64,000 nucleotides of DNA from Eledone cirrhosa (Eukaryota), in NCBI GenBank assembly GCA_964016885.1, contig OZ024747.1, positions 28,148,001-28,212,000 on the forward strand. The letters are read 5' to 3'. The first letter of the stretch is position 1. Each line of letters opens with the position of its first letter. The notes below the pieces were generated by a model, which saw only the letters and a program-made list of their open reading frames with translations, was not told where the DNA came from and did no database searches. Both the position numbers and the translations under genes were made by a program. Of this stretch, positions 26,610 through 39,720 are shown piece after piece.

Positions 26610-28091
26610 ACCGTTTTTACAGAGGAACACCAAATACAGAAAGGTCCTTTCACTATGGAGGAACTACAGAAAGCAGTGAAAAGTATTGGTACCGGAAAAG
26701 CATGCGGACTCGACGAGATCCCAGCTGAAGTGTGGAAGGTACCTGAATTTCACCCAATCCTACTAGAGTTGTGTAATGGTGTCTATAATCAAGACCCCAT
26801 AGACAAATGGACTGATGGATGTATACTCCCTTTTCCCAAAAAGGGCGATCTTGGAATGGCTAAAAACTACCGTGGCATAACACTAATGGCAATTGCCGCA
26901 AAGATATACAATCTCATGTTGCTTGACAGAATAAGACCTGTCATTGACCCCTTGCTGAGTAAAAACTAAAATGGCTTCCGCACCAACAGATCAACATCAG
27001 GGCAAATACTTACTATTCGGTGTATCTTGGAAGGCGTAAAAGCATTCGATTCCATCCATCGTGGGAGGATGAGAGAGATACTTCTAGCCTACGGTTTGCC
27101 AAAGGAAACAGTAAATGCCATCATGATGTTATATAAAAACACCCGCGCAATGGTGTGCTCACCTGATGGAGATACCAACTTCTTTGACATCATTGCAGGA
27201 GTACTCCAAGGGGATACTCTTGCACCATATATTTTTATCATCTGCCTCGACTATGTATTGAGAAAAGCCCTGGACGAAAACTTAGAGCTTGGTTTCACTC
27301 TCACAAAGCTCAGAAAATCACTGATGCTGACTATGCGGATGATTTAGCGGTCCTCGCTGACTACCTTAAGGATGCAACATCACTACTTCACAGCATCGAA
27401 TCAGTTGCAAAGGAAATCGGACTCTATGTCAACGCAAGCAAAACAGAATATATTTGCCTGAACCAAGACTCCTCAATTGGTATGCAAAGTCTAAACGGTG
27501 ATATAATCAAGCAAGTTGACGACTTCAAATACCTGGGTAGCTATATCGACTCCACAGAACATGATGTTAACATCAGACTGGGAAAAGCCTGGGGAGCATT
27601 GAATGCAATGGAAAAAATATGGAAATCAAACCTGCCGGCCAAACTGAAAAGGAATTTCTTCAGAGCTGCTGTGGAATCTGTGTTTGTTTATGGCTCTATC
27701 ACTTGGACGCTAACGTCGAAACTGAAGAAAAAGCTAGACGGAGCATACACACGTATGCTCCGTGCTGCTTTAAACATATCTTGGAGGGAACACCCAACAA
27801 ATACGGATCTCTATGGCAATATACCACCTATCAGCAGGTCAATACGTGGACAGAGACTCAGATTTGCGGGCCACTGTTGGCGCAGCAAGGAAGAAATAGC
27901 AGGTGATGTATGGTTATGGAGTCCATCTCATGGAGCAAGAAACGCTGGTTGTCCCAAGAAGACATACGTCAAGCAACTTGAGGACGATACTGGATGCACT
28001 GCGGAAGAACTGGCAAACACTATGAGAGACTGAGATGGACGGAGGAAATGTGTCGTAGAAAGCCGAGCAAGCTCGACCTGATGATGATGAT
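26610..28091 (+). mobile_element. 5'-truncated RTE-like LINE of a second family, RT with stops and frameshifts, (TGA)n tail
   Basis: KKGDL..NYRGITL, KAFDSIHR, GVLQGDTLAP, YADD, FKYLG, RLRFAGHCWR. Confidence 0.9.
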
Positions 28092-29090
28092 TACTAAGTC
28101 AGTTGCCAGACATCGAAGCTTCAATGTATCCATGCCCAGGGAAGCAAGGCGTTCAGAGTATGGTAGATGCCTTTTACATCCATCTTTCCATGCTTAAATG
28201 GGTTTTAGAGGTTTTTTTCCAACACAGCTTCCCTCTCCTTGCATTCCTTTGTCATCTACTTTTTGAGTTTCAGCAATGTGAGATCAGCTCTCATGCTTAG
28301 ATCTTCTACTGCTGTTTAATTCCACTGTGATCTCTTTCTGGGAGATTTAATCTGTTTCTCAGTTTAATACCACCACCTGGGCTCTTGAGTACAGTCAGCA
28401 AATGTTGTCCTGTTGCAAACATTTAGGCCAGGGTGCCAGCCTGAGGATTATTTCCTTCCACCTATTTTAGAAGCTGGCAAAAATGTAATGGGTACTCTAC
28501 TTTGTCTAACTGCACCATAGAAAATTTAAATTTAAATTATATTAAGTAGCTGAGAGACAGGTTCTCCAATGAAAACCATTACATGTAGAAACTTAACCAT
28601 CAAAGATAAATTTCATTGCTTCTTCCTCCTCATAGATTGATCAATTGAAACAATGTTGAATGAATTACCTTGTAGAAATATAACAAAAACTTTTTACTTT
28701 AGCAGATTGACTTTATTTATTATTTCATATCACAATATCATCCAAGTGTTAATGTTACACTGGAATGCACCCAGTGCACTCTGCAAGTGATGGCAGTCAT
28801 GCCTCAATAAAATGTACAAACCCACTTTTTACTGGTGCCACAATAAAATGCACCCAGCCCACACTAGAACGTGGTAGTGCTGGTGCCTCAACCAACCATA
28901 TCATAGTACTGGGTGTATTTTATCATGGCACCAGCACTACCTCTTTCAAGAGTGTACTGAATGCATTTTATTATGACACCGGCACTGCCACTTTACAGAG
29001 TAGGCTGAGTGTATTTTGTTGAGGTGCCTTATATTGTTGCTATTCTAATGAAGGCAACTTGTGTTTTATGTTGTTGTTATTCTGTTGCAG

Positions 29091-29156
29091 GCAATTTGCA
29101 AACGAGGTGGAGAATGGTTTGCTTCATTTGGTCGAGAAAGAAATCGCGGCACCAAG
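29091..29156 (+). CDS. NDUFV1: NDUFV1 exon 9 ([22 protein letters not shown])
   Basis: ttgcag / gtaaat. Confidence 0.95.
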
Positions 29157-29724
29157 GTAAATTTTTCATTCTTATAATCAGCCATACTATGAAAATGGTG
29201 AATCTACGACATCAGGTTGAAAACATAAAAATATACTAAACTTTAAGCAAATTAGTAGTACAATTATCATGATGATCATCATCATCATCGTCATTTAACA
29301 TCTGTTTCCCCTACTAGCATGGGTTGAATGAGTCACTACAGATCAAATAAGAACATAATCGGTGGTACTTATGTTTGGCAAGTTTTCTACTCTGTTGCCA
29401 GTCTCTGATTTGAAGACATCCCTCTCTCCTTCCAGTCTGAAAATGTTCTAAAGAATGACATGGGAACTGTCTTTCCCTCCCTGACTAAACAGGAAAAAAA
29501 TTATATCTTTAGAGTTGAGATTAATAGTAAGAAGAAATTTTAATAAATCTTAGAATATGGTATAAGAAACATCACCTTATTTTAGGGTATGAGAAAACAT
29601 GTTTTGTATATCATCTACAATTGTAGTAAATTACCTACTTTTATAAAAATCTTTTGACAGTTTGGGGGATACAGGATACATGTGAGTAATTACAGCAATT
29701 GACAACAAATACATTAATTTCACT

Positions 29725-30260
29725 TACCTGGTTTTCTCAGTGCTGATCTTCATACTGTATCTAGCAGAAGTTATGTCCAAGCACTTCACCAGCTTGGCGA
29801 GATCTTCTTCACTTCCAGCTAGGCCGTTGATGTCATCAACGAACCTGTGTTTTGTGATAATTCATCTTCCTATACTGATTATGCTAGGACGTCGGTCATG
29901 ATTCATTCATGAAAGATGTTGAATAGTGTCAGGAAGAGAAGGCAGCCTTGTCAGACACCTACTGACATGTGGACCCAGTCCTCCATTGTGCCTTGGATAA
30001 GTACCACACTTGAGGCTTTTGCGTACAGCTGTTGTGTGGTGTGGATGATCTTTTGGCCTATGTTATATTTCTTCTTGGTTGTCCACAGCACATCATGCCA
30101 CACCCTATCAAAGGCTTTCTTGCAGACAACGAATACATAGTAAAGATCCTGTTGATGTTGGCTGTACTTTTTGCATAGAACTCTCAGATTGAAAATCTGC
30201 TCTGTGGTGGTCCTTCCACAATGGAAACCAGCCTGCTCTTCTGCAATGATTTCCTCAGCT
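29725..30260 (-). mobile_element. Decayed LINE RT fragment (RTE-like)
   Basis: antisense EEQAGF, KAFDRVWH, GVxQGCL, RFVDDI remnants. Confidence 0.75.
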
Positions 30261-30811
30261 TATTCCACTAATAATTGTTGGTAACATATTGGCCAGACTT
30301 TTACTGAATTGTCTCCAGAGACACATATGTTCCATCATTGTACATCCCAGAGTTTCTCTCTCTATCTATTTTATAGAAATCATTATTATTATTTATTTAA
30401 TTCGGTGAGTTCAAATCCCGCCGAGGTTATGGGGTTGATAAAATAAAGTACCAGTAATACACTGGTTAATTGCTGGCCTTGTGCCAAAAGTAGAAACAAT
30501 TATTATTATTTATTTTATTTTCATTGCATGCTGTCACTGCATTACTGAGCACAGTTGTGTGTCCCTTGGGTTTATGCAGTGTTGTAATGTCTATTGTATT
30601 GAATGTACTTTTTGTAATGTGGGTAGTGTCTAGTAGTGCTATATTCTGTATGTTGTATATATTTGTAAGTCCTGAAGTTTTGGTTGTGTGTGTTATCATT
30701 CCCAGAACTCCTGTTATACAGATTGTTTCTGTTTTCATTATCTACATTCAGGTTATTTCTATATCCATATCATATTTCTAATGTTGTTATTATTATTTGT
30801 TTGATTTTCAG

Positions 30812-30978
30812 CTGTTCAATATTTCTGGCCATGTTAATAACCCGTGTACAGTTGAAGAAGAGATGTCAGTGCCGTTGAAAGACTTAATTGAGCGACATGC
30901 TGGTGGTGTTATTGGTGGTTGGGACAACCTACTTGCAATTATTCCAGGTGGCTCTTCTACACCTCTTTTAACTAAAAA
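30812..30978 (+). CDS. NDUFV1: NDUFV1 exon 10 ([55 protein letters not shown])
   Basis: conserved peptide; tttcag / gtaaga. Confidence 0.97.
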
Positions 30979-31345
30979 GTAAGACTATCTATGTTTTTAT
31001 ATCTTAAGACTTTTTGAGGTAGTTTTTCTATGGCCAGATGTCATTCCTGACACCAACCCCTATAGTCACTGCTCATCAATAATACTTTTATTAAAAATAT
31101 AATAGTGGTAAGTTGTTTCACCAATAAATTCCTTCCTATTTGTGAGCACGGGGTTCATAGTTAGTATTTTGTAAGATTAAATAATGTTTCTGCAAGAACA
31201 AAGATGAAAATGATCCTGTGGATAATGGAGTGTTGCTGTGTGAGAGGAAGATAAAGAATTGCTGAGGATGATAGGAATAGAATCAGTGATGAATGTTGAG
31301 AAGAGAAATGGAATGAGATAGTTCAGCCAGTTTCATGGGCATTAA

Positions 31346-31553
31346 CCCTTTAGCATTCAAACCGGCCGTATCCGTCCAGAAATGTCTCACCACTTTCTGT
31401 TCAAACCAGTTGAAACTGGCCACTGATACTGATCTTAAGGTATTGTTCTCAAGATAAATAACATCAAAATCTCATAGATTCGATATTATATAAGATAAAG
31501 TGTTTACTACCAAAATACAATAGTAAATATAGAGTAATGTGAATGCTAAAGGG
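31346..31553. mobile_element. piggyBac-type MITE
   Basis: TTAA flanks; TIR ccctttagcattca / tgaatgctaaaggg. Confidence 0.85.
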
Positions 31554-32309
31554 TTAAGTGACAAAGGACAAAACTTCCCCCAGACAGTATGCCAATTTGT
31601 TGCTGGGCTAAATCCCAGCTGTTGCTGTTGGTACTTATTTTTAACTGAGTGAACACGGCTAAGGTGAAATGATCTGCCTTGCTCAAGGACACGACACCTC
31701 ACCTGATTATGAAAATTGAATTCATGATCTTATGATTGTGAACCCAACAGCCTTACCATGAGGCCACATATCTTCACATAGAACTTGAAGGAAATTAAAC
31801 ACTGACAGTGCTTCTCTTACACTCACCTCAACATTTCAGGGTGTATGTATACCTTTAGAAAGCAATGTAAATATCTCCAGTGTATCTTTCTCTGCCACAC
31901 ATTAACATCATTAATGAATATCCCACTGGGCTCATATTTTCCTTTCATCTTCTCAGGGTCAGTAAAATAACTAACAGTCAAGTACTGGCATGATTTAATT
32001 TCTTGTCCCTTCCCTAAAAATGTGTAACCTTGTACATTATTGTTATTAGTAGGATGTTGACTTGTATTGAGTGTTGGATATAATGCCTTGTTATACCCTA
32101 AGTTTGTATCTAGCCAAAATCAACTTAGTATGCCATCCTTTCAAAGTGGTTTTTAAAAATACCAGTAATTAACTAGGGTTGATTTCATCAACTGTTCCTA
32201 GTCCCAAATTAAGGACCTTGTGTTTAAAGTTAGATACTATTTTACAATGAAACATTGGATGACTTGGTATATTTCTTTTTCCTTAATAAAATTTTCAATT
32301 AATTTGCAG

Positions 32310-32463
32310 GCAATCAGAAGATGTTCTAATGGACTTTGACAGTCTTATCCAATCTGGAACAGGTCTCGGGACAGCAGCTGTGATTGTGATGAATAATTCT
32401 GCAGATGTCATCAGATGTATATCTCGTTTAAGTGATTTTTATAAACACGAGAGCTGTGGACAG
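32310..32463 (+). CDS. NDUFV1: NDUFV1 exon 11 ([27 protein letters not shown]...FYKHESCGQ)
   Basis: start of the N3 4Fe-4S motif ESCGQCTPCREG. Confidence 0.96.
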
Positions 32464-32530
32464 GTTGTTATTCTATTCTACACCTTTCAATATAAACACT
32501 CATATGTATACTTAGATATATATGCATGTA

Positions 32531-32797
32531 CAGAGTAGGTGGAAAGAAACTCCCTATTGAAAATTATAACCTTTAGCCTACAGTAACTACTTGGGACAAC
32601 ATCTATGACCTCCTATTCGTGCAAAATGGGGGCTCTCCTCATTTTATATGCACTGTCCATGAGTGTCTTGATGTCCAATTTCCAGGACATTGGCTGGGTC
32701 ACTAAGGTCCATATGAATGGCCAGCAAAATACCTAAACTTAACGCTATGCGAAGTTATTAACAATTTTAAAAAGGGAGTTTCTTTTCACCCACCCTG
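32531..32797. mobile_element. Tc1/mariner-type MITE
   Basis: TA flanks; TIR cagagtaggtggaaagaaactccct vs reverse complement cagggtgggtgaaaagaaactccct. Confidence 0.8.
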
Positions 32798-33649
32798 TAT
32801 ATATATTTGCTTATGGGTGCATGCATTTGTATATATGCTAAAAGAAAGGTTGAGAGGACTCCTCATTCATTTATGTTTTTATTTATTTACTTCCTATTAT
32901 CCAGTTGTTAACATATATTTCCAAATTTACATGTCCTATGATGGGTAATACTCTAGTTTTATACTAATACTACATTATACTAATACTGCACAATACTAAT
33001 GCTACATTATACTAATTCTACATTATACTAATGTTGCACAATACTAATGCTACATTATACTAATTCTACATTAAAACTACATTATACTAATACTACACTA
33101 TATTAATACTACACTATACTAATACTACAAATGCTACATTATACAAATACGAAGTTATGAATTCTGTATTACACTAATTGCATATTATACAGCTGTTGTA
33201 CTATACTAATGTTATTCTCTACCAAATATATGTTACTAATACTACGTTATACAATCATTTTTTTACTATTTTCCATGCTGACATGGGTTGGATGGATTGT
33301 TGCACTCCAAGACCAGATGAATCAGAGCAACCCATTCTTACTTGTTACATTCCATATTTGGCATGGTTTCTATGACTAGATACCCTTCCTAATGTCAGCC
33401 ATCTTACAGGGTGTTCTGGATGCAGTTTTCATGACACTTGCTTCCAACACTACCACTTTACAGAGTGGACTTAGTGCATTTTATCATGGCACCAGCACTA
33501 GAGGAGTTGTCACATACTAGGCCAAACTGAAGAGTCCTCTCATACCCTACACTGTTTCTATTTGATATCCTAATACTATACTTAATTTGTGTGTAATGAA
33601 AATCCGTGATATTAATTTTTTTATATGAAATATTTTCACTTTCTCTTAG

Positions 33650-33704
33650 TGTACACCATGCCGTGAAGGATGTGCTTGGATGCAGAAGATAATGACTCGT
33701 TTCG
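33650..33704 (+). CDS. NDUFV1: NDUFV1 exon 12 (CTPCREGCAWMQKIMTRF)
   Basis: tcttag / gtgagt; Fe-S cysteines. Confidence 0.96.
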
Positions 33705-34329
33705 GTGAGTAGAACATATGTAACCTTTCTTTTATTGATATCAATTTATGGGCAATTATTTTGTTGTTGTGTAGCTGGAGGTGATCTCTGATGAAACAGG
33801 CTTCTAACATGTAGGTTGTCAGCCATGAATGAGCAGGTTTGTGTACAGGGTAATGCAGATCTTGAACAGAACTTACATATTGTACTATGTTCACATTGAT
33901 TACTGAACCAACAAAATAGATGACAAACCAATCTGTATGATAGTAGTAAAGTAAAGTGTTCTGAAATCTTGATGGAATCATAGGCATGTCATCCTGATAG
34001 ATGACATGTCTTTGGCACTTCAATCTAGTGGAGCTCATCCCTCCCCAGTTCAGAACATAGTTGATCTCTTTCAGAGAAAGAGATGAAGTGATAGAAAGAA
34101 ATAGAGGAAGATTTGACCCCAGAACTATACTAGTACTTTATTTATCAACCTCAAAAGAATGAAAGGCAAAGTTGACCATGGCAGGATTTGAATGCAGACC
34201 ACAGATAGCCAGAACAAATACTGAGACATTTTTAATTCAACTCTGTACCCACTCTACCATTTTGTCACCTTAGTCTGTGTAATGTTTCTCAAATCTGTTC
34301 TTTTGCATTTATAAATGATGTTATTATGA

Positions 34330-34860
34330 GAGTCTGATGAATATGGAGAATGAGTGAGATAATGTGAGACTCCCTTCAGTTGACCCAACAGAGGCAACAG
34401 CTATGCAAGTTGACAGTTATACTGTCAAAGAAGCAATCAGGTAGATGAAAAATGAAAAAGCTGCTGGATCATCAGAGATAGCCACTGAGATGCTGAAATC
34501 ATCTAATGAAGTATGAGTTGTGTTAATCACTTGCTTAGTCAATCAGGTGATACATGATGGAGTCAAACTCAATGATTATGTAGCAGTATAATCATTAATT
34601 GTTACAAGAGAAAAAGTGATGCACCAGAAAGGAGCATTAAACTGTTGGTTCAAGTTATGAAAGGGATAGAAAGAGTTTTAGTACAACTAATTTAGGGAGT
34701 GTATCAAATTGGGCAAGATGCTGTTTGGCTTTGTGCTAGGAAGAATCATCTCACAGATGCCTTCTTAGTAAGACAACCAGAAGAGAAGTTCTTAGCTAAG
34801 ACTAAGTCGTTATACTTAGCTTTCATTGATCTGGAGAAGGCTTTTAACAGAGTACATGGG
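34330..34860 (+). mobile_element. Decayed RTE LINE fragment
   Basis: KAAGSSEIATEMLK and LYLAFIDLEKAFNRV remnants. Confidence 0.75.
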
Positions 34861-35190
34861 TGTATGTAATATTCAATAGTAACAGCATAAACCAGCCAAT
34901 GAAAGGTTGTCATGTTTTTTGTGTTTGCTCATTCTGCGTCTCTCATGTGCAGAACCTCAGTTGGATGTTGCCTCATCATACCAGTGGGCAAAACTGAAAA
35001 GGTGTTACTCCAGAGAATAGCAAGGGAAATTTGCTGAAAGAACCATTTCAACTCACAGAGCTCAAACTACCAGTAATATTCTAAGGTTCATACTCAGTCC
35101 ATTAAAACCATCGTTTTTATTCTTCATTCTTTTCTCTACATTTTTTCCTGTCTTTAATGTTTCCTCTTTTGATTGTTAATATCACTTCAG

Positions 35191-35300
35191 TTGCTGGCAA
35201 TGGGCACCCAGAAGAAATTGATATGTTATTTGAACTGTCTAAACAGATTGAAGGTCATACCATATGTGCTCTTGGAGATGGGGCTGCTTGGCCAGTTCAG
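35191..35300 (+). CDS. NDUFV1: NDUFV1 exon 13 ([37 protein letters not shown])
   Basis: [16 protein letters not shown] motif. Confidence 0.97.
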
Positions 35301-36169
35301 GTAAAACAGAATAATTGTTTGTTTTTTTTCTTTATTGTTTAGTCAGGGAGGGAAAGGCAGTATCTATGACACTTTCCAGGACATCCAGCATAGGGTTGGT
35401 GAAAAAGGTATCCTCAAACCAAAGATCTGGTTTGGATGCTTGCAAAAGAATGGACTTTTGCTAAAAGCACCCAAGAGCTAGGTGGTACTGTTAAACTGGA
35501 CAACGGATTAAGTCCGCCACTGTGAGTTAGAACAAATGCCACAAGACTCCTTGTCCAACATTCTACCAATTCCACCAATCCACCACCTTCAGCTGATACT
35601 GAGGCACCATTTCATGTTACTCTAGTCCATTCAGCTGAAAAACATGAACCTTACAAGCAGCTTGGGTTTAACTTTGTAATTAGCTGGCATCCTGTCTAGG
35701 GAATAGAGCCTCATACTCTCAAACTCTTAACCTGATAATAGGCTGGTATATCAGGAACCAAATTTTTGTGACAAAATTACCATCATATCCAGGAAGAGGG
35801 CTTGAATAAAGACCTTATAAAATCTGCTACGTTCAACAGTCACATCCACTCAGATGTATTATCAGGGTAATTTTGTTAACTCTAGTGTAATATGTATTTT
35901 GTCTTGTGACACCAACACTAGATAGATTGCCACCTACTTGTCCAAACTGAAGAATCTTCTCAAACCTTACATTGTCTCCATTTGATTGCCAAACACTAGC
36001 ATCCATTCTCTCACCATATTTAATTTTAATGTCACAGTGCTTATACTGGTTGATAGGTCTTTTATATTATGGCATATCACCAGTCAACTCAGTCCTATGT
36101 CATCTCCTTTGTGAAATTCAGTTTATTGAAGTTGTTCTTATTTGTTGTTTTTGTTTGTTTCTACTGCAG

Positions 36170-36247
36170 GGTCTTATTCGTCACTTCAGGCCAGTCATTG
36201 AGGAACGAATGCGTCAATACAAAAACAAAGCAGCTGCCAAAAACTGA
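36170..36247 (+). CDS. NDUFV1: NDUFV1 terminal exon (GLIRHFRPVIEERMRQYKNKAAAKN*)
   Basis: ctgcag acceptor; TGA at 36245-36247; summed exons give 1416 nt in one frame. Confidence 0.96.
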   Translation, partial: GLIRHFRPVIEERMRQYKNKAAAKN

Positions 36248-36347
36248 AGCAAGGATGAAAACTAGAATAGAGGAAATAGACAGGAAGAAACAGAAAAACT
36301 ATCAACATATTTTCATCAGAGAGCCTCTTATGAAAGAACTGGTTTAA

Positions 36348-36453
36348 CCCTTTTAATGCAGGTTGTCCTAACCACCACCAACTAAATGGCCCTTATTTCT
36401 TTATATAATATGTAGAATTCACAATGCACACATATATAGTTGGCATTGAAGGG
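36348..36453. mobile_element. Small piggyBac-type MITE in the putative NDUFV1 3' UTR
   Basis: TTAA-cccttttaatgc ... gcattgaaggg-TTAA. Confidence 0.55.
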
Positions 36454-36504
36454 TTAATGAATAGAGGTGGCTGTTGATTTTGCTTTTTGCAGCTTAGATT
36501 TCTA

Positions 36505-36510
36505 AATAAA
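36505..36510 (+). promoter_or_regulatory. Candidate NDUFV1 polyadenylation signal AATAAA
   Basis: first AATAAA after the stop, followed by a T/GT-rich stretch. Confidence 0.55.
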
Positions 36511-37320
36511 CTTATCTCCAAAGTTAAATTTGTTGATATTTTTGTCCACTTCAGCTATTTTGAGTAGTAATGATATCATCATCACCACCACCGTCATCAA
36601 TATCATTTTACATCCATTTTCCATGCTGTTATGGTTTGGATGGATTGTCACAGTCTGAGAGAAAACGTGCTCATATATTCAATATTTGTTGTGGTTTCTT
36701 TGGTTGGATGCCCTTCCTAACGCCAATCACGTTACAGTGTGGATTGGGTGCTTTTTGTCATGTTACTAGCACAACCACCTTACAGGGTGAACTGGGTACT
36801 TTTGTCGTTGCAGCAGCACTGTGGAAAAGCAGATGTGGAGCATGTCCAGTTTTTAATGCTCTTTCACACAGTTTCCATGTACTAAATTCACTTACTAGAT
36901 ATTGGTTGACCAGGAGCTATAGTAGCAGATACTTGATCAAGATGCTATACAGTGGAATTGAACTAAAAATTACATGGTTGTGAAGCGAACGCTTTAACCA
37001 CTCAGCTATGGCTGGATTATTTTTTAAAATATCTACATCCTTCTCCTCTCCTGTTGCTTCTGTATGAATTAATAGATGACATGTAGATGTATGGTTAGAA
37101 TAACAAATCAATATGATAAATTACTCAGAGATGCCATCGTAATTATTGTGATACCAACACTAACACTTTATAGGCTGTACTGGAAGCATTTTATTGTGAC
37201 ACCAGCTGTAGAGAGATTGTCAAATATTCGTCCAGACTGAAGATTCTTCTCAAACCTTATATTGTCTCTGTTCGATCACCAAATCATCAGTTAAGTAGAG
37301 GATGGATATATTATGTTTAA

Positions 37321-37541
37321 CCCTCTAGCATTCACATTACTCTATATTTACTATTATATTTCCACAGTAAATACTTTACCTCACATAATTATCTCTCATA
37401 ATATTGAAGCTATAAGATTTTGATATTATTTATTTTGAGAACAATACCTTAACATCTGTATGAGTGGCCAGTTACAACCAGTTTGAACAGAAAGAGGCAA
37501 GATAATTCTGGCTGGATATGACCAGTTTAAATGCTAAAGGG
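37321..37541. mobile_element. piggyBac-type MITE, same family as 31346-31553, opposite orientation
   Basis: TTAA flanks, matching TIR and body. Confidence 0.85.
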
Positions 37542-37904
37542 TTAACATATTAGTATATTTAATTAGATCTTTAATGCTCTGCATTAAATATACACATCCT
37601 TATTTTAACCTTAACTGTGTAAGAGGAGATAATTGTAAACTGAAAAAAAAGATGAAAAAAAGACACTTAAACTCTGGATCTGTCCCCAAGCTGACAGAAG
37701 ACAGTCATCGTATTATCTTAACACGCTTGAAGTAATCCACTATTTTAGTATTTTCAATGTTCCATAGCTTTGGATGTTGTCATGGTTTCAACATAACTGC
37801 ACACACACTAAACCAGTAATACACTGTGTCAGTTTCTCAATGCTCCAGGGACTCCAAATGTTCCCATCAACATACCATTTGTATATCTGCTTTAATTGGA
37901 TGGT

Positions 37905-38360
37905 TTGACGATGGTGATAGTATGAAGGAGTCGTACTGGAGGATGGTGATAGTATGAAGGAGCAGTACTGGAGGATGGTGATGGTATGAAGGAGCAGTAC
38001 TGGGGGATGGTGATATGAAGCAGTACTGGGGGATAGTGATGGTATGAAGGAGCAGTACTGGGGGATGGTGGTGGTGGTGATGGTATGAAGGAACAGTACT
38101 GGGGGATGGTGGTGGTATGAAGGAACAGTACTGGGGGATGGTGATATGAAGAAGCAGTACTGGGGGATGGTGATGGTATGAAAGAGCAGTACTGGGGGAT
38201 GGTGATATGAAGAAGCAGTACTGGGGGATGGTGATGGTATGAAAGAGCAGTACTGGGGGATGGTGATATGAAGAAGCAGTACTGGGGGATGGTGATGGTA
38301 TGAAGGAGCAGTACTGGAAGATGGTGATGATACTATATATGAAGGAGTAATACTAGTAGA
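37905..38360 (+). repeat. Minisatellite of about 28-33 bp (gatggtgatggtatgaaggagcagtactgggg)
   Basis: over a dozen variable copies. Confidence 0.88.
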
Positions 38361-39525
38361 TGACATTGCCCCTGAGTTAAACCAAGCTGTTAAAGATAAG
38401 CTACATATTCTAAAAGGAAATATGTGTTTTCCAATTACATCATTACCATTGTTATCATCATCATTACCACTGTTTTACTTCAGTGTTCCACACTTGCATG
38501 GGTTGGATGGTCATGTTCTGAGACTAAACAGGTCAGATGACTACATCTCGCTCGTACATTCCAGTTTGACATTGTTTTTATAACTAGATGCTCTACCTAA
38601 CACCGACCATTTAACTATACTAGGTGTGTTTTATCGTGGTGCCAACACTACCAATGTAGTGGTTAGAGTGTTGGGCTGACAATCGTGAGGTTGTGAGTTT
38701 GATTCTCGGACTGGGCTTTGCATTATGTTCTTGAGCAATACACTTTATTTCATGTTGCTCCAGTTCACTCAGCTGTAGAAATTAGTGGCGACATCACTGG
38801 TGCCAAGCTGTATCAGTCATTGCTTTTCCCTTGGACAGCATTGGTAGCAAGGAGAGGGGAGACTGGTATGCATAGGCAACTTTTGGCCTTCCACAAACAA
38901 CCTTTCCCAGACTTGGGCCTTAGAGGGGAAGCTTCTAGGTACAAATCCCATGGTCATTTGTGACCAAAGGAGGTCTTTGCTTTTTACCCAACACTACCAA
39001 TTTAGAGAATGGACTAGGTGCATTTTATTTTGACAACAGATCCACCACTTGCAGAGTGAACTTGTACATTAAATCCAATGCAATAATTGTGCTCTTAACT
39101 TGACCAATAGAGGCAGGAGATATGAGTATGGTACCATAGGAACAATTGCAGGAAGGAAAGGGAATGTGTGAACAGGTGTCAGGTTATGAGTGTGACCTGG
39201 GAGGACAATCATTCAAAGAAAGAAGGATATAGAATGTGAGTATAGTATAGTATTTATTGACAGCAAGCCACAGTATACATAGATTATCATTGAATCTATA
39301 GACATATAGCCCCCCCCCCCCCAACTCCAGGCAACTGCCCTATGTGCCCATGCCAAAACTGAATAGGCTGTCTCTTTCACGTACATTCAACACATTCAAC
39401 TGCCTCTTTCATTTAAGTGTCTGTAAGAGCAAGTGTACTGTTATCATTCTATACACACTTCTCCCCAACATTTCATTTCTGGTACACTGAAATGTTGACT
39501 ACTTCACACATGTATAATATATATA

Positions 39526-39720
39526 TCATCATCATCATCATCATTTTATGTCCGCTTTTCCCTGCTTGCAAGGGTTGGACGGGTCCTATTCAGCACAGCA
39601 TCTCTCCACTTGTCACGGTCCTTCGTCATCTCCTCCGTGAGTTTCAGCAATCTGAGGTTTGCTCTCACCACCACCGCCCATGTTTTCGTTGTCTACCTCT
39701 ACTGCGTCTTCCTTCTACAA
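39526..39720 (-). mobile_element. RTE 3' tail fragment
   Basis: reverse complement of about 20530-20718. Confidence 0.85.

Noticed and set aside
36069-36347. Alternative-frame ORF over the last NDUFV1 exon
   Set aside because: Starts in the intron, no motif, out of phase with the upstream exon
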